From Escherichia phage P896: DNA of 64,000 nucleotides. The position numbers and the translations under genes are program-made. The stretch is taken from the sequence record OL451225.1. One strand, 5' to 3'. The notes below the pieces were generated by a model. It made no database searches, was not told the DNA's origin, and saw only the letters and a list, made by a program, of their open reading frames with translations. Shown here in pieces: positions 37,025 through 46,908 of the stretch. The first letter of the stretch is position 1. Each line of letters starts with the position of its first letter.

Positions 37025-37585
37025 TTAAGAGTTCATAGTTGGGATAACAGAGTTCAGATAAGAGACTAAAACTTTTAGCTCGTCTTTAGTAAATACAACT
37101 TCACTTTCACCGTCATGTCTTTGGACAATGGACAACAAGTCACGGCCGTTATGTTGATGCACAGTCAGTTCAGTATTATAATCTAATTCCTCTTCATCGC
37201 CTTCAAACGTTTCGCTAGAGCGAATCAGTGCGTCTTGACCAGGGACTTTCCATTCAACTTCTGGCTTGCATTCTTCCTGGAACAGTTTGAAAATACAATC
37301 AAAGAATTTATCAGAATCGCTGATGCTCAGACATTCAATACCATTTTCTAAATTAAACCCGTTTTCGTTTTTATAGATATAGGCATACATATCATCATTG
37401 ATATCAACAGGAGCACTAGCACGACCATTAAGATAATCGTGTCTATCCAAAACCATTAAATCATAAAGCGGTTTAATATCAGCGATAGTCAGTACGATTT
37501 TATCGTCTTCTTGACAAAGCTCAATTGCGTTATTAACTACTTCAGCGGTCAGTTCGCCAAACAATTCAGTTGTTTCAATAATCAT
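37025..37585 (-). CDS. Hypothetical acidic protein (186 aa)
   Basis: ORF track. Confidence 0.55.
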   Translation of the reverse strand: MIIETTELFGELTAEVVNNAIELCQEDDKIVLTIADIKPLYDLMVLDRHDYLNGRASAPVDINDDMYAYIYKNENGFNLENGIECLSISDSDKFFDCIFKLFQEECKPEVEWKVPGQDALIRSSETFEGDEEELDYNTELTVHQHNGRDLLSIVQRHDGESEVVFTKDELKVLVSYLNSVIPTMNS

Positions 37586-37595
37586 TTTCTGTTCC

Positions 37596-37886
37596 TCAAC
37601 GGTTATGTTTTAAAATACTATAAAGAGCTTCTACTTGGCTTGCATCCAGGTAAATAACATCATCATCTTGCTCAATGGAAATCCCACCAGTATTACCTTT
37701 AACAAAATTACATTCGCACACTTCAACTGGACGGTATACGTCACCAACTGGATGCTCAGGCTCCAGAACAATCACACCATTTTCAGAATTACCACTTGGG
37801 TCATATAACATTACAGTTTCCTCGCTAACCATGAAAAGAATAAACCAATTAAAACAGGCCCTACAGCCATTGTTAACCAAGCCCAA
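37596..37886 (-). CDS. Hypothetical protein (96 aa)
   Basis: ORF track. Confidence 0.5.
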   Translation of the reverse strand: MGLVNNGCRACFNWFILFMVSEETVMLYDPSGNSENGVIVLEPEHPVGDVYRPVEVCECNFVKGNTGGISIEQDDDVIYLDASQVEALYSILKHNR

Positions 37887-37902
37887 GGTTCAAGATAGTA
37901 AA

Positions 37903-38160
37903 TCATCTCATGCTCCTATGCCAACAGTTTCTTGGCTCACGTTTAAAAATTTCATCATGCATTGATTGACAACCAACACAATATATCACGCCTTTAATCG
38001 CTTGTCTCCGCGCTTCAGGAATTTTTTCGTCGCAGTCAAAACAGAATTCAGCAGACTCCCTTTCAACTGCAACTTGTGCTCTCGCATGGGTGATAGCGGC
38101 CTGTACAACCGCTTCCATCTCTAACTGTTCAGCACCATCTTTTGCAAATCCAACAGCCAT
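37903..38160 (-). CDS. DksA/TraR-family C4 zinc-finger protein (85 aa)
   Basis: CFDCDEKIPEARRQAIKGVIYCVGC motif. Confidence 0.55.
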   Translation of the reverse strand: MAVGFAKDGAEQLEMEAVVQAAITHARAQVAVERESAEFCFDCDEKIPEARRQAIKGVIYCVGCQSMHDEIFKREPRNCWHRSMR

Positions 38161-38342
38161 TATTCTTTCAACCCATTCAGATAAGCAATTAATTCTTCTT
38201 TAGAGCTCTTTAAATCGCGCTCACATACTTCTACCCCAGAATATGAATAACCTTCGCAATGTTCAACAGCTAGTTCATAAGAGTTGATTTCAACATCACG
38301 AGCAAGTTTAAGGATTTTTTCAATCTGTTCAATAGTTAACAT
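38160..38342 (-). CDS. Hypothetical protein (60 aa)
   Basis: ORF track. Confidence 0.45.
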   Translation of the reverse strand: MLTIEQIEKILKLARDVEINSYELAVEHCEGYSYSGVEVCERDLKSSKEELIAYLNGLKE

Positions 38343-38346
38343 AATG

Positions 38347-38583
38347 TCACCAGTATTTGTTAATGTTAGAAATCAATTCTTGGACTTGTGTGTTTTTCAG
38401 CTTGCACCCGCAACTTTTTAATGTTTCTTTAAAAAGCTCAACATCTTTAAGTTGTTCCTTTTCTAGGCGGATTCTATATCCTCTGTAATCAGCAAATATG
38501 CTTCTGTCATCAAATATCTTAATTTCAAGAATATGATTATTGGTTTCATATTCCAATGAAACCATGGTATTTGTAAGTTTCAT
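38347..38583 (-). CDS. Hypothetical protein (78 aa)
   Basis: ORF track. Confidence 0.5.
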   Translation of the reverse strand: MKLTNTMVSLEYETNNHILEIKIFDDRSIFADYRGYRIRLEKEQLKDVELFKETLKSCGCKLKNTQVQELISNINKYW

Positions 38584-38786
38584 TATTCCACCACATATGA
38601 TAATGAGAAAATTGCTGATGAAAGATGGGTAGCATCTTCTTCACACAGTTCAAATGGAGCTTTCTGTAAGAGTTCAACCACTTCTTCATCAGTGACACTG
38701 TCCATAAAGATTGCATAATCATTAAGATAGATAACAACCTCATCACCAGTATTAACTGCATCAATCTTGATATTTTTAATTCTCAT
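38583..38786 (-). CDS. Hypothetical protein (67 aa)
   Basis: ORF track; family A promoter upstream. Confidence 0.5.
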   Translation of the reverse strand: MRIKNIKIDAVNTGDEVVIYLNDYAIFMDSVTDEEVVELLQKAPFELCEEDATHLSSAIFSLSYVVE

Positions 38787-38885
38787 TGTGTTCTCCTCAG
38801 TAGTTGATGGGATAATAGTACACCCTTTTTATGGTGATGTAAACCCCTAAATGAAAAAAGGTCCACCCGAAGGCAGACCTTTTGA
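38787..38885 (-). promoter_or_regulatory. Terminator hairpin + early promoter/leader (family A)
   Basis: AAAAGGTC-[12 nt]-GACCTTTT hairpin; GTTTACATCACCAT...TATTATCCCATCAACTACTGAGGAGAA. Confidence 0.65.
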
Positions 38886-38886
38886 A

Positions 38887-39270
38887 TTACTCTAGTGTTA
38901 ACAGATACTTAGTCTGAAAGAAAACTCCAACGATATCGTCCAGAGTCGATTGAATAGCCTTGGGTACAACTTTATAGACTCTTTCCGAGCTTTTAATCAT
39001 TTCATCTAAAAACAAAATTGTATCTTTCGGCAAGTCCGAGGCGGACGGTAATGCAGCTTTGTATTGTTTCCCGCTGTAACCTAACCATTGCTCACTGAAC
39101 TGGTCGAGTGGACCTTGGATTTCTGTGAAGTAGAAATCATAAGCTTTATGGCGGGCGTAACTTTTGGTTTCAAGATGGGCGGACTTAAAATAAGCCAAAG
39201 AGACTAACAACCACCCAATATATGAATCCACCTCAGACCCACGACCCGTTACGAAATCATCAAATTTCAT
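38887..39270 (-). CDS. Hypothetical protein (127 aa), rI.-1 position
   Basis: ORF track; adjacent to rI. Confidence 0.5.
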   Translation of the reverse strand: MKFDDFVTGRGSEVDSYIGWLLVSLAYFKSAHLETKSYARHKAYDFYFTEIQGPLDQFSEQWLGYSGKQYKAALPSASDLPKDTILFLDEMIKSSERVYKVVPKAIQSTLDDIVGVFFQTKYLLTLE

Positions 39271-39553
39271 CTTCCAATTTTACCTTCATTAATTTAGCGT
39301 ACTCTCTCGCCGCAGCTTTACCATCGCTTTTGCAGGTAATTTCAGTTTCGCATTGGCTTTTGTTGTTCCATTCAGTCTTGATAAACGCCCAGAACTGTTC
39401 GGATTGGTGCACGCTTGGTTCTTTGAATTGCGAATAAATCTTCATCGCACTATCTGCATATTGGGTAAACTTCCCCTCTGTTGCAGAGGACAGATTTGGG
39501 CCTAAACAACCCAGGAGTATTAGACTTAATGAAAGTCCTCGAATAAGGTCCAT
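39260..39553 (-). CDS. rI: Lysis-inhibition protein RI
   Basis: 97 aa; signal-anchor then SEQFW.F.KT....C.....C...AA.EYAKLM.VKLE resembling recalled T4 RI; upstream of tk. Confidence 0.7.
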   Translation of the reverse strand: MDLIRGLSLSLILLGCLGPNLSSATEGKFTQYADSAMKIYSQFKEPSVHQSEQFWAFIKTEWNNKSQCETEITCKSDGKAAAREYAKLMKVKLEDEI

Positions 39554-39625
39554 AAGGACTCCTATTGTTGGTCATGATTACGCTTTGCAGCCTTAACATA
39601 GCGGAATACTAGTTAGTAACTGTAT

Positions 39626-39901
39626 TTATAGACGTTTAAAATTAAAGCAATACTCTGAAAATAAACTTGCAAAATTACGTTCAACCCAGACCCGTTGTTT
39701 TGGACTGGTAATCGTTGACAAATAGTATGCTTGTTGCAGGCTTATTCCGTTTTTATTGGGGCACTCTTTGTTGAACGAGTGATAGGTACTTGCAACGATT
39801 TCGACTTCGCGCTCATACCTTTCCTGGTCCTGTTGCATAGGAACAAAAACCAAAACCAGGAATATCAAAATAGAGATATACGTCCAAACCTTGTATACCA
39901 T
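39626..39901 (-). CDS. Membrane-anchored protein (91 aa), rI.1 position
   Basis: N-terminal TM helix; between rI and tk. Confidence 0.5.
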   Translation of the reverse strand: MVYKVWTYISILIFLVLVFVPMQQDQERYEREVEIVASTYHSFNKECPNKNGISLQQAYYLSTITSPKQRVWVERNFASLFSEYCFNFKRL

Positions 39902-39908
39902 GCGAACC

Positions 39909-40481
39909 TCAGCTTGTTAATTCGAGCCAATGTTTTCTGCACAAAGATACGTACGATTCATTCCCACCGACCAATACTTGCTCGCCGTCCTTTACAGCAG
40001 CACCGTCGATTACTCGAGCGGTCATGGTTGCTTTCCGGCCGCAATGACAGACGCCCTTTAATTCAACCAGTTTATCCGAAATAGCCAGAAGTCTGGCCGA
40101 ACCGGGAAATAATTGACCCCGAAAATCTGTTCTTAACCCGTAACACATAACGGGGATATTGTAATTATCAACCACTTGAGCTAACTGGTCAATTTGCTCT
40201 GGTAACAAAAATTGAGCTTCATCGACCAGGACACAATGGATATCCTTTTGAGACTCGGCCCATTTATAGAATTCAAACAGGTTCATGTCGGCCGTTACCA
40301 GGTTTGCTTCCTGGCTAATACCAATGCGTGATTTAATTTCAGATTCCGAGTCCCGATTATCAATAACAGGTTTTAGCAAAAGCACACTCATTCCACGCTC
40401 TTTATAGGAATAAGCTGCAGTCAGCAATGAAGCTGTTTTGCCTGCATTCATTGCTGCGTAATGATAAATTAAACTCGCCAT
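39909..40481 (-). CDS. tk: Thymidine kinase
   Basis: 190 aa; MASLIY.YAAMNAGKTASLL (P-loop), CHCGRKA zinc motif; matches recalled T4 Tk. Confidence 0.93.
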   Translation of the reverse strand: MASLIYHYAAMNAGKTASLLTAAYSYKERGMSVLLLKPVIDNRDSESEIKSRIGISQEANLVTADMNLFEFYKWAESQKDIHCVLVDEAQFLLPEQIDQLAQVVDNYNIPVMCYGLRTDFRGQLFPGSARLLAISDKLVELKGVCHCGRKATMTARVIDGAAVKDGEQVLVGGNESYVSLCRKHWLELTS

Positions 40482-40490
40482 GTCACCTTC

Positions 40491-40676
40491 TTATTCTGTA
40501 ATACTTTCCAGATAATTTTCTAAATCGTCTGAAGCCTTATTAAGGGCTTCTAGCGCTTTATAATAGTCTTCACGGGAGTAATATTCTGTATGAAGTTCTT
40601 CGTCGTATTCGCTTTTAGCATCAACAACAGTTTCAATCATATCCAGAATTTTATTTTTCTGTTCTTTAGTAATCAT
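40491..40676 (-). CDS. Hypothetical acidic protein (61 aa)
   Basis: ORF track. Confidence 0.45.
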   Translation of the reverse strand: MITKEQKNKILDMIETVVDAKSEYDEELHTEYYSREDYYKALEALNKASDDLENYLESITE

Positions 40677-40684
40677 AATATACC

Positions 40685-40870
40685 TTAAAGAGTATTCACA
40701 TAAGCAATTAATTCGTTTTCTTTCTCATCAAACCGATTAGCAAATTCTTCCAGATGTTCGGCATCTATCGGGCCGTATTCATCATAAAAGGCGTTTGCTT
40801 CTGTATGCTCATCCAAAAGCTCATGGATAAGCTCAAATAATCTACTTTTCTGACTAATGCTTAAACTCAT
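40685..40870 (-). CDS. Hypothetical acidic protein (61 aa)
   Basis: ORF track. Confidence 0.45.
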   Translation of the reverse strand: MSLSISQKSRLFELIHELLDEHTEANAFYDEYGPIDAEHLEEFANRFDEKENELIAYVNTL

Positions 40871-41094
40871 TTCGGTTCCCCATATCGTACAAATTTAGGA
40901 TGTTCGCAATCACCAGAATGAAAACCTTCACCCTTATGATTAGAACATCCTTTATTAGAACAGTACCACCAGTAATCATATTCGCAATTCATTTCATCGT
41001 TGCATAAAGCTGCGATTACTGGCCATTCACATTTTTCACATTTGGCCGTTTTAAGAATTCGGGCTTGGCTCATAACCATTGCACCTTTAAGCAA
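40867..41094 (-). CDS. Cys-rich small protein (75 aa)
   Basis: CEKCEW...CNDEMNCEY...CSNKGCSNH...GDCEH; likely metal-binding. Confidence 0.5.
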   Translation of the reverse strand: MLKGAMVMSQARILKTAKCEKCEWPVIAALCNDEMNCEYDYWWYCSNKGCSNHKGEGFHSGDCEHPKFVRYGEPK

Positions 41095-41282
41095 TATTCT
41101 TCTACGTGCTGTTTACGTTTATTTTTATCTATAAAAGTATATTCAACATATTCACCGATATACCATTTATCAGTGTTGTGCTGACTTTTTATAGGACATT
41201 TGGTTACTCGAGTTTCGGTCCAGCGTCGAATAATTTCCGCTTTGTTTTTAGGGTCAAACGGATGTGGGTAATGTGCTTTCAT
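41070..41282 (-). CDS. Hypothetical protein (70 aa)
   Basis: ORF track. Confidence 0.45.
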   Translation of the reverse strand: MKAHYPHPFDPKNKAEIIRRWTETRVTKCPIKSQHNTDKWYIGEYVEYTFIDKNKRKQHVEEYCLKVQWL

Positions 41283-41733
41283 AATCCACCACTATTAAAT
41301 CAATGTCAGGAGTAAACATATCAATTAATTGAGATACCTTATCCCAATCACCACCAGCAATACCACAACCAATACGAGGAATATAAATTACCGGTTTAAA
41401 CAAAAGGGTTTCTGCTTGTAGATTTAATTCTATCATACAATTTACTAAAGCGCCATAATCAAGATTAGGGCCTGGCTCGTATTGCGTATACAAGTTATAG
41501 CACATGCCAAAACCTGTCGGCTTATGTTTAAAAACAATAGACATATCGCCTAATTTATCGCGAGAACCATATTCAGTAGTGGTTTTATCTATTTCTAAAA
41601 CTTTTGGATAAGCCTTCGCCAACTGTCCAGCTACGCCAGAACCCATTGTGTGAAAGCAGTTACAACCATGTGCAATAATATTGCCTTGAAGAAAGAGGGC
41701 GACGATATCGCCCTTAATATACTGGGTAATCAT
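41254..41733 (-). CDS. Macro-domain protein (putative ADP-ribose binding/hydrolase), 159 aa
   Basis: GDIVAL...GNIIAHGCNCFHTMGSGVAGQLAKAYP resembles macrodomain N-terminal Gly-rich ADP-ribose pocket; later IGCGIAGG. Confidence 0.6.
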   Translation of the reverse strand: MITQYIKGDIVALFLQGNIIAHGCNCFHTMGSGVAGQLAKAYPKVLEIDKTTTEYGSRDKLGDMSIVFKHKPTGFGMCYNLYTQYEPGPNLDYGALVNCMIELNLQAETLLFKPVIYIPRIGCGIAGGDWDKVSQLIDMFTPDIDLIVVDYESTLPTSV

Positions 41734-42089
41734 TTAGAGTTCAATCCTCTATTATATGAATCCACTAACCTGTCAACCATACTGGTGCAGGCCGCCTTAT
41801 ATTTTGCACTTGACAGAATGCAATCCATTTCAAATAATTTCTTTTCATATTTGTTGGATAATACATTCTTTTTCAAAAGCGTATGTTCAACATCATTTTG
41901 ACCATCTTTATAGGCTGCGGTGAGCTTGGCACTGAACCGGATTACACAATCCACATTGCTTGATGCGCAATAATCTTTAGCCGTCCTCGTTGCATATTCT
42001 ACGATGCTGTTGTTGTCGTCGCTCTGTACTGAAGCTATTCCTCCCGTGCTGAATACTAACCCTATGGCTAAAGTGATAACTCTTACCAT
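41730..42089 (-). CDS. Secreted protein (119 aa)
   Basis: N-terminal signal peptide MVRVITLAIGLVFSTGGIASVQS. Confidence 0.55.
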   Translation of the reverse strand: MVRVITLAIGLVFSTGGIASVQSDDNNSIVEYATRTAKDYCASSNVDCVIRFSAKLTAAYKDGQNDVEHTLLKKNVLSNKYEKKLFEMDCILSSAKYKAACTSMVDRLVDSYNRGLNSK

Positions 42090-42091
42090 TT

Positions 42092-42634
42092 TTAATCCAC
42101 CGTTTTTAATAGGCCTCGTGATTTTAAGTAGTTAGCTTTTTCTAGGACCTGTGAAGCATACTTATTACCAGCTTTCACATTCCACCCTGCGTTATATGAT
42201 GATAGTGTTTTCCTTATATCCCCCTTATGAATATTTAACCAATATGAAAGCTCAATATAAGCCCAGCGTGCACTGTTCTCTCTCTTGCTTATCATCTTGA
42301 TTATTTCTTTATCTGTCATTGTCCACCCAACCTGTTTCACGCGTTCGCGCACGGTTGGAAGATAATTTTGGAATATACCATATGCATGATGCTTATCTTT
42401 ATTTAATCCAGTATTAACCCCAGCAGAACTTTCCTGCCAGGTTAAACCAGCCATGATATATCCCAAACCATTATGTTGGTGCGGATTTTCTTTGTACTTG
42501 CCATTTTTCTGGAACTGTTCTCCAAACGCATAAGCATATTGGAGGTTCTCCATTTGTTCATTACTGAAAGTAGGCTCTACGCTATGGGCAGACATACTAA
42601 CTGTCAATAGTAAGGTGGCGATTACTTTTTTCAT
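42092..42634 (-). CDS. Secreted lytic-transglycosylase-like protein (180 aa)
   Basis: Signal peptide; E-S...AYGIFQ pattern reminiscent of SLT/lysozyme-like domain. Confidence 0.5.
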   Translation of the reverse strand: MKKVIATLLLTVSMSAHSVEPTFSNEQMENLQYAYAFGEQFQKNGKYKENPHQHNGLGYIMAGLTWQESSAGVNTGLNKDKHHAYGIFQNYLPTVRERVKQVGWTMTDKEIIKMISKRENSARWAYIELSYWLNIHKGDIRKTLSSYNAGWNVKAGNKYASQVLEKANYLKSRGLLKTVD

Positions 42635-42644
42635 GAATTCCCCA

Positions 42645-43103
42645 TTAGATATAAATCACTTTTGTGCTAATTTTTCCTTCCAGACGATTAGAGTTAACAA
42701 ACGCCATACGACAACACATGGTCGGAGACTTCCCAGGAAGAGCTGGGTTAACTGTCATTCCTAACCATAGGTTCTTGTCTGTGATTTCCAGACGAAGTGG
42801 ACGATAGTTCACATTCGGGTCAATTTGTGCTTCAACTTCCGGGAGTGGTTTCATCTCCAGGAATTCAACGATTTCTTTTACATGTGGTGTGATTTTTCCA
42901 AACAAATCAAAAACATATTGTTCATCAATTTCACGTTGGATTGCACGGTCCAACAGGTGTGGACTGTACTTAATGAAGAATGCCTCAAGGCCTGCTTCTT
43001 TACAAGCCTTGTTGATAGCATTATTAATTTTGAGGAACTCCGTTTCAAAAATGCGACGAAGTTTATTGCGGCGAATGTAAACACTTGAATCGATAGTAGT
43101 CAT
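42645..43103 (-). CDS. regB: Endoribonuclease RegB
   Basis: Start at MTTIDSS; IRRNKLRR.FE.EF...HLLDRAIQREIDE...YRP.RLEITD.NLWLG matches recalled T4 RegB. Confidence 0.88.
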   Translation of the reverse strand: MTTIDSSVYIRRNKLRRIFETEFLKINNAINKACKEAGLEAFFIKYSPHLLDRAIQREIDEQYVFDLFGKITPHVKEIVEFLEMKPLPEVEAQIDPNVNYRPLRLEITDKNLWLGMTVNPALPGKSPTMCCRMAFVNSNRLEGKISTKVIYI

Positions 43104-43159
43104 GATTATCTCCTTTTGTTTGATGGGATAATCATAACTCATTTCAATCTGCTTGTACA

Positions 43160-43160
<1 letters not shown>
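43104..43160 (-). promoter_or_regulatory. T4-type early promoter + leader (family A variant) for regB
   Basis: Minus GTAGTGTACAAGCAG...TATGATTATCCCATCAAACAAAAGGAGATAATCATG. Confidence 0.55.
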
Positions 43161-43739
<579 letters not shown>

Positions 43740-43743
<4 letters not shown>

Positions 43744-43973
43744 TTCACTTCCTCGCCAGTTGCGATATCATATTCTACTAAACGAAGGCCTTCAGTCCAA
43801 CCTTGCACGGAGATATAGGTAGACGGGTAAATCATTTCTTTACCATTCCACCGACCGCCATCCCAGACTTCCAGAAAGTCTTGTTCACCTGGTCCATTAA
43901 ACCATTCAACAAATCTTTTCAGAGCTTCATCAGAGCCTTCAATTGTCAATTTAGACATATTTTTTCCAATCAC
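43740..43973 (-). CDS. Hypothetical protein (77 aa)
   Basis: ORF track. Confidence 0.5.
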
Positions 43974-44250
43974 TAATTAATCGCACATCCTGGTCATAGG
44001 TCAGGAGGCTACGAGTGATAATACCCTTACACGGTCCAGAAATAAATTCCAGAGTAAAGTAAGGAACCAACTTCATCAAGCGAATACTCGGAGCAGTGCA
44101 ACGAAATCTGGACCCAATAAAAGGCCCAGACAAAAACACATACTCAAAGAAATTTGCTTTATTAAAGATTTCAAAATTCTTTACGAAATCTTCTGACCTA
44201 ACCTTTGGAATAAAATAGATTTGGTCAAAAAGCTCTTCATGGGTCATCAT
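43951..44250 (-). CDS. Hypothetical protein (99 aa)
   Basis: ORF track. Confidence 0.5.
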   Translation of the reverse strand: MMTHEELFDQIYFIPKVRSEDFVKNFEIFNKANFFEYVFLSGPFIGSRFRCTAPSIRLMKLVPYFTLEFISGPCKGIITRSLLTYDQDVRLISDWKKYV

Positions 44251-44774
44251 TGCATTCCTATCACAAAGAACAGTGGCAAAGGCTTATCACCTTGACACAT
44301 AAATTTATTCATCATTACCTGATAAGCTTCATAGAACTTATCCATTGCAGGGAGGCGAATAGGTTCTTCAATAATGATTAAAAGACGCGTAAAACGCAAT
44401 CCACGGTACTTATGGAAATTATCTTCATCAAGGAAACTGCGTACAGTATCATAGACAACGAATCCAGGTCGTTCAACATTAAGATGTGGTTGGGCCTTAG
44501 AAACCTGTTTTATTACATTACAAATTTCTCGTGAGCGATGTGAAGAACTCGACATAACAATCACATCATTACCTTTAGAAACCCAATCAGCTGCGAACTG
44601 TGCAATGGCACTTGTTTTACCTGTTTGTCTTCCACCGTCAAGTCTCAGAGTGCCAAACTCTTGCATTCTTGAAGCGGGTTCATACCAGGTGTATTGGTCT
44701 GAATCTAATCGTTCAATGGCGCGTTCAGCGAAGGCGTGCATTAAGGTTAGATAAATGGGAGTTAAAAATTTCAT
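44247..44774 (-). CDS. P-loop NTPase-like protein (175 aa)
   Basis: Walker A-like GGRQTGKTSA. Confidence 0.55.
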   Translation of the reverse strand: MKFLTPIYLTLMHAFAERAIERLDSDQYTWYEPASRMQEFGTLRLDGGRQTGKTSAIAQFAADWVSKGNDVIVMSSSSHRSREICNVIKQVSKAQPHLNVERPGFVVYDTVRSFLDEDNFHKYRGLRFTRLLIIIEEPIRLPAMDKFYEAYQVMMNKFMCQGDKPLPLFFVIGMQ

Positions 44775-44934
44775 AATTGTCTCTTAGTTGTGGGGCCATT
44801 CCTTGGCACATAATTCGTCCATGTATCCGTATGTAAACCCTTTACCGCACTTGGGCTCGACCTTATTACAGGTAGGGAAAGGCCCATCACTCAGAGGACA
44901 CGAAGTTCATGAGGAGAGGGTCGGCTTGCCTTTA

Positions 44935-45234
44935 TTAGAAAGAACCAGAACCTTTAATTGTGTTCTGGCGACCTTTATTTTCCAATTCAGAATGGTCAAT
45001 TTCATATGCTTGTGCCACGCCAAAAGCCTTTTTAACTTTAGCTAAAGAACCTTTAGATGTAACAATATTAAAAGTATTACCTTTGGTAAAATCAACCAAA
45101 TCCACTTGTACACCTTGTTTACCGAGGCTTGCGACAATAGCATCAACATATTGTTGGTCTAAATTGCCCTGGACTCCAATTTGGAATGCTTTAGGAGCTT
45201 TGGCTTCAGTAATAAATTCTTGATAAGTTTTCAT
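44935..45234 (-). CDS. Internal head protein (capsid-targeting sequence), 99 aa
   Basis: N-terminus MKTYQEFITEA = T4 internal-protein CTS. Confidence 0.7.
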   Translation of the reverse strand: MKTYQEFITEAKAPKAFQIGVQGNLDQQYVDAIVASLGKQGVQVDLVDFTKGNTFNIVTSKGSLAKVKKAFGVAQAYEIDHSELENKGRQNTIKGSGSF

Positions 45235-45291
45235 TTTATTCTCTCTAAGTTGATGGGATAATTATGCACTATCCCATCAAAAAGTAAACAG
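45235..45291 (-). promoter_or_regulatory. T4-type early promoter + leader (family A variant)
   Basis: Minus GTTTACTTTTTGATGGGATAGTGCATAATTATCCCATCAACTTAGAGAGAATAAAATG. Confidence 0.55.
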
Positions 45292-45555
45292 TTATGCTTT
45301 ACCGCCAGAAACAATACCAAAGGTCTCAAAGTCCCATTCAATATCGTCAACATCAACTTTCTTACCAGCAACCACGAATGCGATTTCGCGACGTTTTGCA
45401 TAGGTGACAATTTCTTTACCATCGCCGCCAAAGAAAGAATAACCATTGCGCTTCATGGTGCCAAAGTCTTCAGCATCACCAGCGAATGCGCGGACTTTAA
45501 AGGAACCAGCAGGAGCTTTGGCAGATTCAGTAATAAATTCTTGATAAGTTTTCAT
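45292..45555 (-). CDS. Internal head protein (CTS), ~87 aa
   Basis: Start at MKTYQEFITES; shares DAEDF..KRNGYSF motif with 59552..59851. Confidence 0.65.
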   Translation of the reverse strand: MKTYQEFITESAKAPAGSFKVRAFAGDAEDFGTMKRNGYSFFGGDGKEIVTYAKRREIAFVVAGKKVDVDDIEWDFETFGIVSGGKA

Positions 45556-45603
45556 TTTATATTCCATTGTTTGGTTGATAAAATCATTATACAACCTTTT
45601 TAG

Positions 45604-46020
45604 TTAAGCGTACACAGCTTTCCCATAGTATTTGTACCAGGTAGGCTTTTGAGAAATTTTCTCATTCAGTCTGGCTTGACTGATTTCAATTGACCAGATT
45701 GATGGTTGATAATCATTCTTCCATTCATCAGGAATATCATTTAAATCTTGGGTAGAAATATCTTTTATGTTAAACCCTCGCTTTAAACATTCCGCAATAA
45801 GTTCTTGATGACGGTTTTTAAGGAACAAAAGCTTATCATAAAAGAAGGTGACATGACCAGTCCCTAAAAGAAAAGATGATGGGATTTTAAAGTCAGAAAC
45901 CTTTTTACCATTTTGCACATGCTTACGAACAGCACCAAACACGCGAGGAAGTTCACGATATTCGGCCATAAGATGTTGGTCAGCAAGTTCAGATACCAGG
46001 GTCAAATTAATGCGAGTCAT
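45604..46020 (-). CDS. denV: Endonuclease V (pyrimidine dimer DNA glycosylase) DenV
   Basis: Start at [35 protein letters not shown]; near-identical to recalled T4 DenV. Confidence 0.93.
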   Translation of the reverse strand: MTRINLTLVSELADQHLMAEYRELPRVFGAVRKHVQNGKKVSDFKIPSSFLLGTGHVTFFYDKLLFLKNRHQELIAECLKRGFNIKDISTQDLNDIPDEWKNDYQPSIWSIEISQARLNEKISQKPTWYKYYGKAVYA

Positions 46021-46079
46021 GTTTGTTCTCCTATGTTTGTAGGAGAACATTATATCACACGTATCGTGGAAGTAAACTG

Positions 46080-46382
46080 TTATTTACCTTTAATTGCTTT
46101 AGCTGCTTCGATAGCCGCTTGCTGAAGGTCATCCATAGACATGCCGAACTTAGAAGCAAAGTTATCAATTTTCTTTTCGACAGAATTCAAAGGCTTGGCC
46201 TGTTTACCTTCGTTAGCGCCAGGGAGAGCTAGAATACGCTCTTTGTCAATATAAAGGCTTACAAGTTTCTTACGGTCTTTATCTGGTAAATCATGAAATG
46301 AATGGGCCTTTTTATTTACAGCGGCTTCTAATTTACCTGCACTTACGCGCGCTTCGGTGATAAATTCTTTATACGTTTTCAT
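46080..46382 (-). CDS. ipII: Internal protein II-like (CTS-bearing), 100 aa
   Basis: [23 protein letters not shown] with gp21-type L-x-E cleavage site; between denV and e. Confidence 0.7.
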   Translation of the reverse strand: MKTYKEFITEARVSAGKLEAAVNKKAHSFHDLPDKDRKKLVSLYIDKERILALPGANEGKQAKPLNSVEKKIDNFASKFGMSMDDLQQAAIEAAKAIKGK

Positions 46383-46390
46383 ATTTTACC

Positions 46391-46882
46391 TTATTTGTAT
46401 GCGCTAAAAGTTCCGGTACGGAACGTTTCTATAACTCGTTTGGCTCGGTTCGGAGTCTGGACTTTATACCATCTCGAGTCGGCCAGTTCTTTGGCGGCGG
46501 CTTCCCACGATTTGGCCTTCAACAATCGCATACCCTTAGGAAAACCAGCAACACCAGCAACACCCATCTGGAATACCATATTAATGAGTGCACAACGACG
46601 AACTTCATCTAGCACATCATAAACAGGTTTTAAGACAGGGTGTCTCAAGATTCCGGCTTTAGCTTTTTCGACCGAACGGTTAAACAATGTTTCAGCTTCG
46701 TGCTGGGTTATGCGACCATTACAGACGCGACCCATGAGCTTGTCGAGCTCGGCACGAGCAACATCTTTTGATGGGTTCTTAGTTATCAGTTGCCCGATAC
46801 CAATGGTCCAAAAGCCTTCGGTATCTTTATACAAATCCAACTTACAACCTTCATCTATGCGTAACATTTCGAATATATTCAT
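46391..46882 (-). CDS. e: Lysozyme (endolysin) gpe
   Basis: 163 aa; [12 protein letters not shown]...YKDTEG..TIGIG...[18 protein letters not shown]...[19 protein letters not shown] matches T4 lysozyme. Confidence 0.95.
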   Translation of the reverse strand: MNIFEMLRIDEGCKLDLYKDTEGFWTIGIGQLITKNPSKDVARAELDKLMGRVCNGRITQHEAETLFNRSVEKAKAGILRHPVLKPVYDVLDEVRRCALINMVFQMGVAGVAGFPKGMRLLKAKSWEAAAKELADSRWYKVQTPNRAKRVIETFRTGTFSAYK

Positions 46883-46908
46883 AATACCCCCTTATATAGG
46901 GGTATTTA

